A DNA stretch of 64,000 nt, taken from assembly GCA_036172245.1 (NCBI GenBank), contig JAYWIR010000028.1, positions 1,984,001 through 2,048,000 of the forward strand. Direction: 5' to 3'. The notes beneath the pieces are model-generated. The model made no database searches. It had not been told where the DNA came from and saw nothing but the letters and a program-made list of their open reading frames with translations. Shown piece after piece: positions 1-12,899 of this stretch (its first letter is position 1; every line of letters starts with the position of its first letter). Origin of the DNA: Raillietiella orientalis (Eukaryota). Both the position numbers and the translations under genes were made by a program.

Positions 1-1830
1 ATGTACCGTGAGAGGGGGAACTGCTGGTAGATCCACGTCCCCGAGGGATTACACTGAGGGATCGATCAGGGGTCTCTCCGCGGGAGGATATGGAAGAAGT
101 CAGGGACGAGCCCCGAGGGAGAAGAGGTGCCTGCTTCTGGGAAGGAATGGAATGCTCCGCTGTCTTGCCCGTGACCCTTCTGTCTCCTCCCCCCCGGAGA
201 AAAAACGGCTCGGGAAAGCAGGAAGTCAGCCGCCCATCGCCGCCTCCTGCTGCACCTACAGGATAAAAGAATGGGGATGAGGGCTGATCGGCGCAGCGTG
301 GGAGGCAAACTGCTAGGGGACTTCAACCCCATTCCACCACGGAGGACGCCTCGCACAGACTCACGCCCGAAAACTCTGCCTGGGGCTCTCAAAGGCGAGA
401 AGATTTCCCTGGAATGCTCCAAGAGGGAGGGGTTTGAAATTTCGGCCTTCTCAGTCGGTGCTGCCTCTATGGTTTCTCCGCGTTCCCTCACCGTCTTTCC
501 GGAGGTACCCTGGTGGTGAGTGACCTTCTCCCGAGGAACGAGGGTCGGGAACCACGTGGTTGCCGCGCTCCAGAGGCTGTACCAGGGCTGAAACGCGCGC
601 TCCAGCGACGCCCCGACTCCCCGATACCCCAAGGCACCTGCCCAGAGGAAGATCCTCACCCCCTCTTCCGGTTGTTCTTTCCTCCCCAAGTCTTGAAATC
701 CCCTGCCTCTAGCGGAAACCACGGCACCTTCCCGAGGTGAAAGAAGGGCATGGCTGCCATCCATGGGAGGTTTCCAGGATCCCCTCGAGAATCGTCGCAT
801 CCCTCTCGAGGGGAGCGGCGATTCCTACTCCTCGGCTCCAAGTCGGGAAGACGACACCGATTCGTTAGGGCGCCTCAGGGCAAGTAAGGATGGACTCCGC
901 CAGAAGTTCGGGGCGTCGCATCTGCTCCCTTCGCGTCCTCTCCAGAAGCGGCCCCCAAGGAAGTGGGGAAGCCACCCTCGTGGTTGTTGTTGTTGTCATC
1001 ACGGGGCCGACCACCCTGTTTGTTCGTCCATCGGCCCTCGTCTTCTCTCGTCGAGTCCCCAGCAGGGATACGGACCACGGAGGTTCATATCCGCTGAGGA
1101 TGTCCCTTCCGTCTCATGGATTTCATCTATGTAGTTTCGCTCCCACTCCCCACCCCCCAGGCTCTCCACGGTAGGGATGCGCCTCATCCCAGCCTCCTCT
1201 TCCTCCTCCTTCCTCATGTCGCGGTCGTGGAATCGCTTCTTGGAGAAGGTGGATCCGGGGCGAGACAGGGTGCCCTCTGCCTTCCGGCACGAGCACTCAC
1301 CTCACCCCCCCTTTTCTCCCGGGGATCCGCCGCGCGGTCTCCGAAGCGGCGGAAAGCCCAGATTCTCCGTCCTTTTCTCCCAGGGACGCTTCCAGGAGAC
1401 TTCCAGGCGATCCGCGCCGCTCGAAGCTCCCCGGGGAACGAGTGCGAGCACGTATCCCTTCCGTTCCCCCACCCCCTTCCTCGTTCCCGAGATCCTTGTT
1501 CCTTGTACTTCCTCGTTCCCGAGCGCGATCGAACTGACCCTCAGCTTCAGCAGTGGCTGTCCCGCACCAGTGCCTTCCAGATGAGCTTCGGTGAGGGTGG
1601 AGCTCCCTGGGAGCGCGGCCCGCGGGAGGCAGTCGGGTACGGTTCAGGGGCTGCCGCTTTGGAGCCGCCGATGCTCTCCTCGCGCGCACGCGCACGTGGA
1701 ATCGCTGCCATGGCGCCCAGAGAGAAGATCCTCTCCCGCTGGCATCTCCTCTCGGCAGATCGATTTCCCTCCCAACTGATCCCCGCCTTCTTATCTTGGA
1801 CCGCCGGGCCATTTATTTTAGGTGGATAAA
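1..1830 (+). mobile_element. Decayed LINE fragment (AP-endonuclease and post-RT relics)
   Basis: LLGDFN endonuclease motif at ~310-330, SD(H)-like VSDL at ~515, and ESLLGEGGSG (resembling the LINE ..EGGLG motif) at ~1230-1260. No intact frame. Confidence 0.4.
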
Positions 1831-4374
1831 TGAAATTCTCTCAGTATACGAGGGGCCGGTATGCGTTGGCCCCTTATCCACGGGGAAGGCCCTCGCTGGG
1901 GACTGGACTAAGAGAGGGAAGGACAATACGTAGGAAACGGGCTGCTTCGGTCCCGCAATACTCAGCACGATCCCCGAGGACCTGCGTCGGGCAGGAAAGG
2001 AAAACGGGGGGTGGGGTTCCCCACCCCCCCGTTTGCTCATTGGTGCCAGGAGCGTTTGCTTACGGTCGTCCAAAGGTGGCCCCATTACACCTTACATCCC
2101 GTATCCGACCGTTCCGTCACCCTTCGCATGCGGGCCATGGCGATCGCGAGGCTCTCCGAGATGGCGCCGGCCGCACCCTTCCTCCATTTGAGAGACCGCC
2201 GATGCTGCCGGCGAGGCGGTCAGTTGCCATCGATGAAGCGTTCGGTGAGCCCGGAAAGATACGATGGGGTCCTCCAGGAAGGCGAAGCGCCTCCACGATG
2301 CGCTCCCACCCGGATGCAGCCTCCTGAGCACTCTCGCAGCACATGCGGAATGGTCACCGCTGTCCCGCGCTCCTCGGGCACCCTCCCCGTGAGGTGCAGA
2401 GCCGTTTCTCGTTCAAGGCAGAGCCCGGCGCACCACCAGCGAGATAGCGGTGTGTTCGTAGCAGGAGGTCTCCAGCTTTCACGGAGAATTGGGCAGGGAA
2501 GCCAGAGGGAAGGAGTCGAGGTGCACCCTCGGATCCTTTGGTAGTCGAAGCAAGCAGCCATTTCTGTCGCTGGCACCTCTCGTGGCGGCCTCCCGCCACT
2601 AATTTTCGGGAGTGTGAGCCGTCCCGGACGCCCATCCGTGGTGAGAGCGCCCTCTTCCAGGAAGTGGAAGAGCAGTCCCGACGCTGCGGGAGCGGAAGAG
2701 GAGCAAAGAGGGACTCTGGCGTCATTGGAACACTGGTCTGTTGGCTCCACTCTTAGAGGGGCTCGCCATCGCGACCACCATTCCGACTATTCCTCCTTCC
2801 GCATCCTCCAATAGCTCCCTCCAGCGGGTAACCACCTCTCTGAAACCACCGCTGGCCGTTTCTCCCGCAGGCGTCTGCGGATTCAAATGCCGGTCGAGGG
2901 TCGCAACGGAAAAAAAAGCCCACTTACTTCTCTATTTCCCCTTCCATCCTACAGGACTCTGGCCGATCTCCGGTATACAGAACGCACCGCCATCAGCTGA
3001 GCATCAGCTGACCAGTGCAGGTGGAGGCTGGACGGACCGGAACTCACGGCATATGGTTCCCGGCAGCCTGCGACAGGCGGGCCAACGAGGAGAAGAAAGA
3101 AGAGGAGGAGAGGGAGGAGGAAGAGGGCCTGAGAGTCCTCGTCCCCCCGCAAGCGTCCTCAGCATCGCTCAGGTCCTAGCATCGCGCGCTCCAGTCCAGA
3201 GCGCTTCGCTGCACCTCGTGGAGGCAGTGACTGCGATCACCTCCCCGGGATGACGAGCAGCTGCGCGCCCCACTTCCTCACCCCTCCCTTCGGTCACCCC
3301 GGCCGCTCTCACGAGGGCGGGGAGACTCGAAGAGGTGAACGCTCCTCCCGGTCTGTCCTGACGGCAGCACCGTACGGTGGAGGTTTCCCCCATGGCGGCG
3401 CGAGCACGCGTAGCACGACCACCGCCGTTGCTCGGCAGGCGTCCCTTGGGGACCCGCCCCAAGGACAGATCGGGAAGGGAAATGACGTCGTTATCCCCGT
3501 GGCAGGTCCCGGTGCGCCGCCAGGGAGGCGGCGGCGCGCGCCGGTTGGAGCGAAATGAGAGGACGGAAGTGTCCTCCGGGAAGCACCGCGACCGCCCTCT
3601 TCTCTTCCCGCGGAGAATCCACGGGGCCTTTCGATTTGCTGATATCCACCAAAAAGGAGATACTGGGACGGTGAGGCACGGCAGCCTTTCCTATGCAGGA
3701 GGAAGAGGGATACGCTCCCTGGCGTCTCCACATAGCAGCAGCGCCACGTGGCCAACCGAAAGGAAGGGCAGCACGGACAAGCTCGCGGTCTCTCGGAGCT
3801 GGTAGGAGCCGAAGCATGGGGTGCCTCGAGGGTGCTGGCAGGACTCCGCAGTTACGAGAGAGGAGATATAGGAGATCCCGCACTCGCGTCTAGGTAGGCA
3901 AGGAGAGTGCGGAGAGACCCCTGGCGTCGAGCAAGCCCCTGCTCGAGGCCGACGTACTCTAATGGGTCGCGGGCAACGAGAGGGCTCCCACCTCTTTCCG
4001 CGAGGAGACAGGCTGAACAGCCGCCCGCAACGCCTTCGGCAAAAAAAGACAGAAGGTGAGATCCGGGAGATCAGAGGGGCTACCGGAGATGGGCGAAGAC
4101 CGGAGTGCAGTTCTTTTTGGCCTTCGAGCGCTGCTCGCGAGACCCGCCTACTCCTGACGCGTTAGAAAAGACCCTTTCGTCGGCCTCGGGCTTCTTCTCC
4201 TTTCCATAGGAAGGGAGAAGCCTTTTCCTCCTCTCTCACTAGGAGCGGTGATGTCACATTCGAGAGAACAGAGAGTGCGTGCTCCTTCCCGAAGCCATCA
4301 CTCGAGACCAAAGAAATCTCTGCGAAGAGTGCGAGAAGGCACGAGGGAAGGTCGGACTCGTTGGGCGATGGGCT

Positions 4375-4740
4375 GGGAGAGCGAGGAGGGAAAGAAGGAA
4401 AGGGGAGGGAAGGGAAGGGGAGGAGCCTCAGAGAACGTTCGAACCTGCGGGCATGAAATTTGGATGAAGCCGTTCCAGCTCCGTGGCAAGCCGGCGGGAA
4501 TCATTATACATCCTTCAGGACATTCAGAGTGCGTGCGACTTCGGCCCACAGGGATGTGCGAGGAAAGGGAAGGGAGGAAGGAAGAGGGGAGAAAAAGGAA
4601 GAGGGGAAGGAATGAAGAGAAGGAGGAAGGGAGGAGGAAGAAGAACAGGAGTAGAAGGTATGGAGGAGGGAAAAGGTGATTCAGCGCTGCCTGAGAATCA
4701 TTGGGAGGAAGAAACGAAGGAGCATCGAAGGAGGAAGGTC
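4375..4740 (+). repeat. GA-rich low-complexity tract
   Basis: Long imperfect (GGA/GAA)n runs, densest at ~4560-4680. Confidence 0.75.
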
Positions 4741-5814
4741 GGATTGCCCGTGAAGAAGAGGGGACGTCCCATCTACCTTCCTTCCGGATGTGAGGTCAGG
4801 ATTCGTCGTGTGCCTGCCTAACGTGTCCCTTCGGTCGAGGTCACCCTGGAGGCAGGGGACGTCCTTCTCGAGGTTGACTTCCACATCCCCGCCCTGGTGG
4901 AGGGGCTTCCTTCCACTCTTCGAAAAATTCTTCCAGAGACTTCGGGCATCCTTCGGTTCTCCATCCCATCGACTCAGGAATGGTCTTTCCGGATGGAACT
5001 TAGGACCTGCGCTCTTCCGCTTTCCTCCAGAAGCGGAGAAGGGGGTCTAAGGGCGAGTATCAGCGTTACGTCTAGACGGAAAGGGTCCGTAATCGGGGTG
5101 TCAGAGAACTCCTCGGGGAACGAAGAAGCGAGGGAAAGGCTCATGTGGGAGCTTGCAAGGAGGGGTCGTGGCTAGTGACCATCTCCCGCCCGCAACTCTA
5201 TCCTACTTGGTGCCGCGGGCTTCTGGGAGGCGCTACCGACCACTGGACATGGTCACCGCGGAGTCCTGTCCTCGCCCTGGCCGCGCAGATTCCTTGGGGG
5301 CGCTCGTTCGTCAGCTCCGGGCCGCGAATTGGGACTGAAGGGGATGAGGAGGGACATCTCTCCATCCGTCAACGGGCCTTCTGCTCCCTCTTGATTACCG
5401 TCTCAGCATCCAGGATCCTGGGAGTTTCCTTTCGGACGAGAACTGACAGAAGTCTACCGAGACAGGGAACCGTGGGCGAGATGGGACACGGAGGGAAGGG
5501 GAAGGAGATACTCTGGGGACAGCCACTCCCGGCTAGTTGCGTGAGGATCCTCCGAGAGACTGCGGGAGAGGAAGGGCGGTTTAGAGGAGGGAGAACAGAT
5601 GAAGGAGACGCACCCGGCGTTCCCTACTGAGGCCCCCTCGACTCGGGACGCTTCTTCGCTGCTTGGCATCCGCAGCCTCCCCCACTCCCGGCTGGAGCGC
5701 AGTGAGAGGATACCGGACGGGCTCTCCTGCACTCACGAGAAGCGCCTCCGTGAGGTTCGCAGCCGCTCGCTCTCCGCCTTGGGCGGACAGTACAAAACCC
5801 CCTTTCTGGTAACG

Positions 5815-5910
5815 AAAAGAAGAAAAAGAGGAAGAACGGAGGAGGAGGGGAGGAAAAGAGAAAGGGGAGAAGAGGAAGAGGGGGAAGAAGAAAGGGGAGA
5901 GAGAAGGAGA
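5815..5910 (+). repeat. Polypurine tract
   Basis: ~95 nt composed almost entirely of G and A. Confidence 0.8.
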
Positions 5911-7909
5911 GCTCAGCTGGACGCGCCTCCTTTGGGAAGAGAGCGGACTCTCCGAGCAGCGGCCTCCAGTTTCGCGGAACCCGCCGCGGTGAGAGAGCGC
6001 ACGCTGGATCCGCTGCGAGATCCAAATCCGGACGATCTCCCTCCGCCTATCTGATTGGGCAGCCGAGCTCTTTCCCTTGCGTGGACCCCTCGGGAACGAA
6101 CCCGTCGAAGAACAGCCGTAAACGCAGGTCGTAAAAGCAGGTACGAGTAGTCCCCATCTGTCGCTTATGGGGTCCAGTAATGGCGCAACGCGTTCCCTAA
6201 ATTCCTGGTGGGAGAATCGCGCGGTTCCTTTCCCGGATCGAAGCGCCGGCAGCGAAGAGAGAAAAATCCCCGCCTCTCCTCGGAAATCGAAGGGCACGTG
6301 TCCGAGGAACGGTGTGATCTCAGTGACGTCCCAGCGGAGATCTTAGGTCGGTTCTCTCCGTCCCTTCCGCGAGCCATTCCGCTCCGGCCCCCCTCCCTCG
6401 CTGCGGAGGGAAAGGAGGAAAGGAAGAAAATCGCTCCTGGTGAAACGAATCCCTCTATGGAACTGGGACACTCCCCTACCTCTTCTCCTAGATCTTCCAA
6501 AGAGTGAAATGGAGGAGGAAGAGGGGATAGTAAGGGGAAAGACAACCATATGGGCTATCTCTGGAGGGTCGCTGCATCCCGTGCCTGCGGGGGTCAGCAC
6601 TCCGGGTCACGATTTGAGCTCCTGTTTCTTCCTGCGTCTCTCAACTGATTCACGATCTGATAGGAACAGAATGCTGCGCACCTCGTGCAGATGCACGGTC
6701 ATATCAGTCACTGCATCCAGGTCATCTGTGAGCGGGCGGAGGGTGGACAACGGTGGCGAAGCGTTCTGAAGCAGGTGGGGTTGTCATATTCTGACCTTCC
6801 CTTCCGAGAAGGGACTTCCGCGTTCCTGGAGAGAGGTCGAAGGAGCAGCGATCTCTGCCAGCACGACGGGAACGGTCATCGATCGATCGATCATCCACCC
6901 GCCCATTTCTCCTCGTCCGGTCGCTCTTCCTCGTCCGCTTACCACAACACCTTCGATTCCTTCCTTCTCAGCCGCCTGACCGTGAATTGACCAGCAGATT
7001 GATAGAGCGCGCCGCACTCGCTCGCTCGTGGAGCGCAAAGGATGGAGGCCCTCTTTCGTCTCCGAGGTTCCATTTCCAGACGTCCGTCTGTCTCCTCTTG
7101 GTCGCATCTCCATTCTTTGCACTGGGATTTTTCTACTGCGGACCTCACATCCGCTGCGCGTTTCCATGGACTCGCTGCAATGGTCGTCTTGGCCTCTTCC
7201 TTGCCCTTCTTTTTTCTTTTTTTTAGCGATGCCTTCTATCTGGAGAGGCTCATCACACTCTTCGCGCACGCTGCCAGGACACTGCCGGGAGTGGAGATGG
7301 CGCTGTCCGGTCGGCATCTCACTTCTCGGTTCTCATCGCCTTGGAGTTGGCAGTGGTCTCTCCCGCCGTTGCTGGCCCCACAATCCAAACTAAAGACACA
7401 CCCACTTCTTTACCTTGACCCCTTTTGGGGCATTTTGTCTTTTGGGGCTGTCTGACTGCTCTGACTGATGGGTGGGCGCAGCGATGAGGTCTGGCTCCTC
7501 TTCCCCATACTGGCTCGCTCTGGTTGCCTAGTCGCTCTTACTGCTCTTCTGGGGCCAGTTCGTCCCACTGCTTCCAGGAAAAAGTTCGTGAGTCGTTGCC
7601 GTTCAGCCGAGGACTTCGGTTTTCGCCATTTGGAAGACAGAAAGGAAACCCGGAAAGGATCTGCTCCTTGTTTGCTCCTCTGAAGAGAACCCTGAAGGGA
7701 CGCTCCTCTCTCCCGAGGGAGCAGCGCCTTCTGACACTCTGGAGAGGCATCAACCAGCTCCATGGTACGCGATGGGGGTCCCCCCCAAAGGGTAAACGAT
7801 GACCCCATTTGCTCAACTGGAGGGGAATCCCAAAGGACTCCTTGATTTCTGGGGGATCCCGGAGGATTGGCTCTCAATCCCGACCAGTCATCAGGGTATT
7901 CGACTTCCA

Positions 7910-8070
7910 CCGGTGCCGCATCCGAAGCCTATAAGGACAACCAGCGTCATCTTTCAGGAGAAACTCGAAACCCACGACGCACCCCTTTCTCGGCATCGGT
8001 CCTTCCCCTGGTGAGATTCGAACCCGCGACGCTTGGTGCCACGCGCGTAGACCGTGACCAAGTGGCTTCC
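7910..8070 (-). repeat. tRNA-derived SINE-like repeat, family A, copy 1
   Basis: B-box GGGTTCGAATCTC on the minus strand. It aligns by eye with 32760-32900 (tggYcacggtctMcgcg...gcgggttcgaa...ccgagaaa...gtgggtttYgagt...gatgRcgctggttg). Confidence 0.6.
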
Positions 8071-9164
8071 CACGCAGGCTCAGCTGTGTCAGAGCATTGC
8101 TGACTGCAATCTGACAAGGGTCCCGCCGGCAGTTGTGAAGGATGAAGGCCTGCGCTCCTTGTTCGAACAGCATGGTCTTCACGAAACCCTCCCCATTTTG
8201 ATCCCAGCTTGGGAACGGAGTGGAGGGGGAGGAGGGGAGAAGGACAGCTGGACGGGTCGCGTTCTCACGTCGGTCCGGAAAGAGCTCAGATGGGAGAGGA
8301 CCGCGTGCTGCGTAGAAAGTTCCAGTAAAATGGGGGCTTTTTTCCAGACGGCAGCACCTGCCGGCAAGGCGGCTGCGAGTCGGCAGCGCCGTTTCTCTCT
8401 CCATCCCGGAAAGTTTCCTGCGTCCTTCGGCGGGACTCCGCGCACGAACTCACGGCTGCCTTCGCGGACTTCTCGTCCTCCCTGGAATCGAAATTTGGTG
8501 AAAGTTGGTGCAGTCGATGGAGCGAGGCACCTGGTGTCAGGTCAGGGAGGTGAAAAGCTCGCATCTCTGCCAAAGGATCGGCCGTCTCCCTCCGTAAGGA
8601 AACGCGCTCCTTCTGCGTAGAAGGAAAGAAGCGATCGGCTTCGCACCTGATGCAAAATGGCGATGCTCATCTTCGTTCGCAAGCCGTGCATTCTCGAAGA
8701 GGTCAAACGGAATAAGCAGGTTGTCGAGGAGGCCCATTTCGCGCAGCTGCCGTTGCACGGGGGCCACCGCTTCTGTGTCTTTTTATAGGCCAGTTTCCTG
8801 GGCATCAGGCCCACAGCCACCTGCTCTTCTAGGATGGTGATGGCCAGAGAGCACGCGTGTCGTGGAGCGATGGGAGAGAAGCCTTCGGGCAGTGCTACTC
8901 GAGAGAAGGTATCGTTTGCGAGATTCTTCATGACTTTTTCCAACCCGACTCGACCTTTCCCGAGATCTCCGTTCCCATGTGCTCTTGCTTCACCACTCTG
9001 TAGGTGCAGATCGCCGACCTCTTTTGGTGTCGTGTTGTTTCTCCTTTGATGATGCTCTTCTGAGCTCTGACTGCCTCCTTTACAGCGTTAAAGGATTCCG
9101 AATCACCTAATCATATAAGAGAATGGGATGCTACTCAGCCTCCGCAGCTTTCTTGACCTATGCG

Positions 9165-9300
9165 GTTTCGCAGCTTCTCCGTTATTGGCTGGTCCACGAC
9201 GGGCATTCAAGAGTAGAGGTGTTCCCTTGTTCGAGCTAGGTCTTTCGTTGAGCGGCGACCGCACTGGGATTCGAACCTGCAGCCTTCTTCTCGACACCGA
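9165..9300 (-). repeat. tRNA-derived SINE-like repeat, family B, copy 1
   Basis: B-box GGTTCGAATCCC on the minus strand. The body (ttggctgg...gcattc...ggtgYtcccttgtt.gag...gagcgg..accgc) is shared with 14495-14660. Confidence 0.55.
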
Positions 9301-10243
9301 GAGCATTGGGCCAATGCTCGATTTTTTTTTCTATGCGCGGGTTCCGGTAGTTTCACTACGTAGGTCACCAAATGATGGAAAATCTCAGGCCAATGGGAAA
9401 GGTCGTGCCATGAGTTGCACTGCCTAGAAGACGGGGTCACTTCCTCCCTTCCGGGGGGTACTTCAGGGGAGGACAGAGGAAAGGATTTGAAAAGAGGTTT
9501 CCTTGGGTGGACCCTCGTCTCCGTTTGAAGGATTTTTTCGAATGATGCGACAGTTCCATATGAACAGGCATGAAGACAGTGAAGACTGAAAATACTAGAA
9601 CTGTCGTATGGAACACATTCGTGGCTCCCCTCCTCCGACCCTTGCTTTTTGTTTGCCCCTGTCCCGGAGATGTAAAAAAGCGGGGGACCTTCTGTGAAAA
9701 GCCTTCTGGGGAACGCAGAGGTTCCGAGTCCGCCTGAAGGCCTTGTGCGCGCGCTGCGTCGGGACGCCGGACTCGGCTTCCTGACGCTGAAGTGGATGGA
9801 GCTTCAGCTCCAGTTTAGAAGATCAGCCCGAGTGATGAAGTGCTCGACCATCCATTGGCGCGTTCCTCGTGCATGGCCACCGAGAGTTGTCCTGATGCTG
9901 ATTCCAACTCCGGCAAATGGTCGTCTTGGTCCAGCAGAAGAGATGGATTTTCTGCCTTCCCGCTAACTGTAGTGTCTGGAAACAGGAAACGGTTCAGGCG
10001 TGGGTGGAAAGAACGGGCACGAGCCCGGAGTCATCGCGATGCCAGCGATTCTCGAACTACGCTCTCTGTCCGTTACAGGAAATCACGGACTGTCTAAGGA
10101 AGATCACCTAAGCACTCAACACTCCACTTGCAGCCGCTCTCAGCACAATCCAGCAAAGTGAAAATGGCGATGGGCTTGCACGATGGGAAGTATCCTGAGA
10201 GATCGCAGCTGGGATACTGGATGGCGCGTCAACTGGCTGACGC

Positions 10244-10700
10244 ATGTACCCCCGCTTCCCTCCCCAGAGGGTGCCCCTTGTATGGGCTGAACTCCTGAAC
10301 ATTCCCCTAGAAAAGGTAGAAATTCCCCCGGTGTTTGTGAACATCTCCACGCTTCCCTTGCGGTGGCAGGAACTGTGCACTGCAGTGCAGTCATTGCACT
10401 GGGTGATCCCATGCAACGCACGAGTCTTCCAGTGGACGAGGTGGGGTGCGGTCTCAGACTGTGCAAGGTGTAGGGAACAGGAAACCTTCCTGCATCTGCT
10501 CTTGGATTGTGTTGCCCTCCTGAGTGTCCGGGAGCGCTTTTCTGCAGCTCTCCCCCACCCAATGGGCAACCTCAAAGAGGTTTTGCGGTGTTTCTTCGCG
10601 CTCTACTTGATGTCGTCTGCAGCTTCCCTTGCAACCTTGTGCTGCCTTCGTAGGATCGTGGCAGGGAGAAGCAGCGCCGAAGGAGGCCGGGAGAATGATG
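10244..10700 (+). mobile_element. LINE ORF2 C-terminal zinc-finger (zf-RVT-like) fragment
   Basis: SLHWVIPCNARVFQW..SDCARCREQETFLHLLLDC fits the LH..LP...C..C...ET..HLL..C motif of L1/Tx1 ORF2. Confidence 0.75.
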
Positions 10701-11816
10701 AGGTCATCGCGATCGTCTGCTCCTTCATGAGTAAGGAGACAAGATCATCCTTGCCATCAAAATGTGGAAGTCGCCAACATCCTCCAGAGAATGCTGAGGA
10801 CGCCAGGGAGAAATCTATGATCCCTTCTTTTCCCTCTTCAACCGATTTTAAACTGAACTTTTGTGTTTCTTCCGTTTTTGTTACCCTTTTCTCTCCCAAT
10901 CCTCCTCTGCGGACCTCATCGGAGGAGCTGCTCACGAGAAGCAGTGCCTCCGAGGCATCTCCCTTCGTAGTGATGATGTGACGCCATCACGAAGGAAGAC
11001 ATTCTTCATTTGCATATGACTGCTTTTTTTGTTGCAAATATTCTTTAGAATAAACCTTCCGGCATGACCGTGTGAAAGTGATGACCATGACACCCTTATT
11101 CTATGCAATCTCTCCGCTTAGTCAATAAACAAAGCCGGTTTATGTGCGTTCTGGAAATTTCCAACTCTTTAAGCACATCGCTGTTTTTGGAGACTCAGGT
11201 TCCCCTCGTGCTGACTCCGAGTACTCAAACTGATGTCTGGGTTCACTGGAGCGAAAGAGCGAGCACTGGCTCCGAACTTTTCCATCCTTTCCTTGGCGCC
11301 GCCTAACGGGCAGCAGCACCACAGAATTCCCACTTCCGAGGACGAAGTTCGGGTCCTCTCCGGGACTTTTTGGCTGGCTGAAGGCCGGAATCTCCCATCG
11401 TACGCGCGCCCCACCGTCTTGTTGCAGGCGATTCAGGTGTGATGTCCCTCCTCACCTGGATCTGCAGACGCCATGTTCCGCGGGTGCGTGCGTGGCAGCG
11501 TCCCGTCCCACATCTTCCCACCCCGTCGCACTGGGGCTTTTGCTATTTAAAATGAACGTACAAAAGCGGTGCCTGGACACTCGGTCCTACCACGTTCATT
11601 AAAGACGGGAAAGCCGTGAAGCCGGCTCGCAGACCAGCGAGGGCCGCCTAGGCAGCAGAGGGGAGAAAGATAAACAAAAATAAAGTGCAGATAAAGAACC
11701 TCTGGATGAATCGGGAAGGAATCACTGTCCGCTCGAGAGCGTTCCATGCATCCTTTCCAGGAAGCCGACAGGTTTCCGCTGCATGTTCTCCAGATGAGAC
11801 TATCTCGCTGCGATCA

Positions 11817-12308
11817 TCAGGAAACGAGCTGGGAAGTAGATGGCGTTGCTGTTGTGGCTGCCTCTTTCGGCAGCGCTCCAGGCAGCCACGATCCCGCTAG
11901 GCAGCAAGGTGCTGCCAGGGACGCGGCTGGCGTGAGGGCATCACGCACGAAGAGGCGCTTCAGAACGTCTCTGAGGTCGCCGTCGGGGGACCACGGGGGA
12001 TGCGGCAAAGAAAGTTCCCACAGGGACCGGAGGACCACACGGTCCACGAGCAGGTGCGGAAGGGGCTCTCTTCCTCCACACCTGCTGCAGTTTGGGTGCA
12101 CCCTCCCGGGTCCTGCGATGTCGGCCGGCGTTGCACAGAAAATCCCAATGAGACAGCGGAATCGCCGACTGCTGCCACTCCAGAGGGAGGCTGCGAATGG
12201 TTTCTTAGCGTTGAGAGCCACTCGTAGTCTTCCCGGAGAATTCCCGGTAGCTTGTCCCGGCGCGAGAGTCCTTTCGGTGGGTTGTGAGCTGGCCCGTGGT
12301 GCAGCCAC
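11817..12308 (-). mobile_element. LINE ORF2 C-terminal zinc-finger fragment, same family as 10244-10700, inverted
   Basis: NCSRCGGREPLPHLLVD..LPHP..GDLRDVLKRLF..AASLAAPCCL parallels CARCREQETFLHLLLD..LPHP.GNLKEVLRCFF..AASLATLCCL. Confidence 0.7.
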
Positions 12309-12899
12309 CTCAAGTCTTCCCCCTGGAGTTCACCTCGCAGTAAACCTCCCACCTTGCCGGCAGGCAGCTCGCCCCATATCGGGAGCAGGCCCTATTCCCG
12401 ATCTTCTACTAAGCTGGAGCTACGATTGGCAGGAAGTTTAGCCGTGTCGCACGGATGGACTCGCAGTCTCCACAGGGCAGGCCACACCCTCGTCTGGAAA
12501 GGCTGGAAGGCCGCTGCATCGACCGCTCTTTTCTGCGCTTCCGGGGAGTGCCCGCTGGCCGCCTGACCTCCGCTCCCGAGAATTTTCTGCGCTGACTTTT
12601 CTGCAAATTACGCTGCGGCCAGCGGTCCTCTCCCCCATCGAGACCGCGCCTTCACGGGAGGTTCTGTAAGCGTCCAGAGCGGCCTTCGTCTGGCGGCTGG
12701 CTTTCTTGTTCCGCTTTGTTTAGGTCACTCTCCAGGCACTCCGAGGTCTCCTCGGCGCGCGCCTCAGCTGACCACTTGGCTGTTGCTCCTTGCGCAGCTT
12801 TCCTGAAATCCACGTGCAGCGCATCGCGCTTGCGGGCGAGATGCGCACGAAAGGGAATGCGCACGGGAGACGCAGGGCTCTCTGGAACGGTCACTTGAG

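Noticed and set aside
6657..6670. TCTGTTCCTATCAG on the minus strand, resembling the U2 sequence that follows the branch-point region
   Set aside because: Only 13/14 nt, does not extend, and lies 42 kb from the U2 fragment; probably chance.
8005..8070. Possible tRNA gene (also at ~9270, ~14600, ~32810)
   Set aside because: Only B-box/T-loop motifs are present and no cloverleaf could be built, so these are treated as SINE heads.
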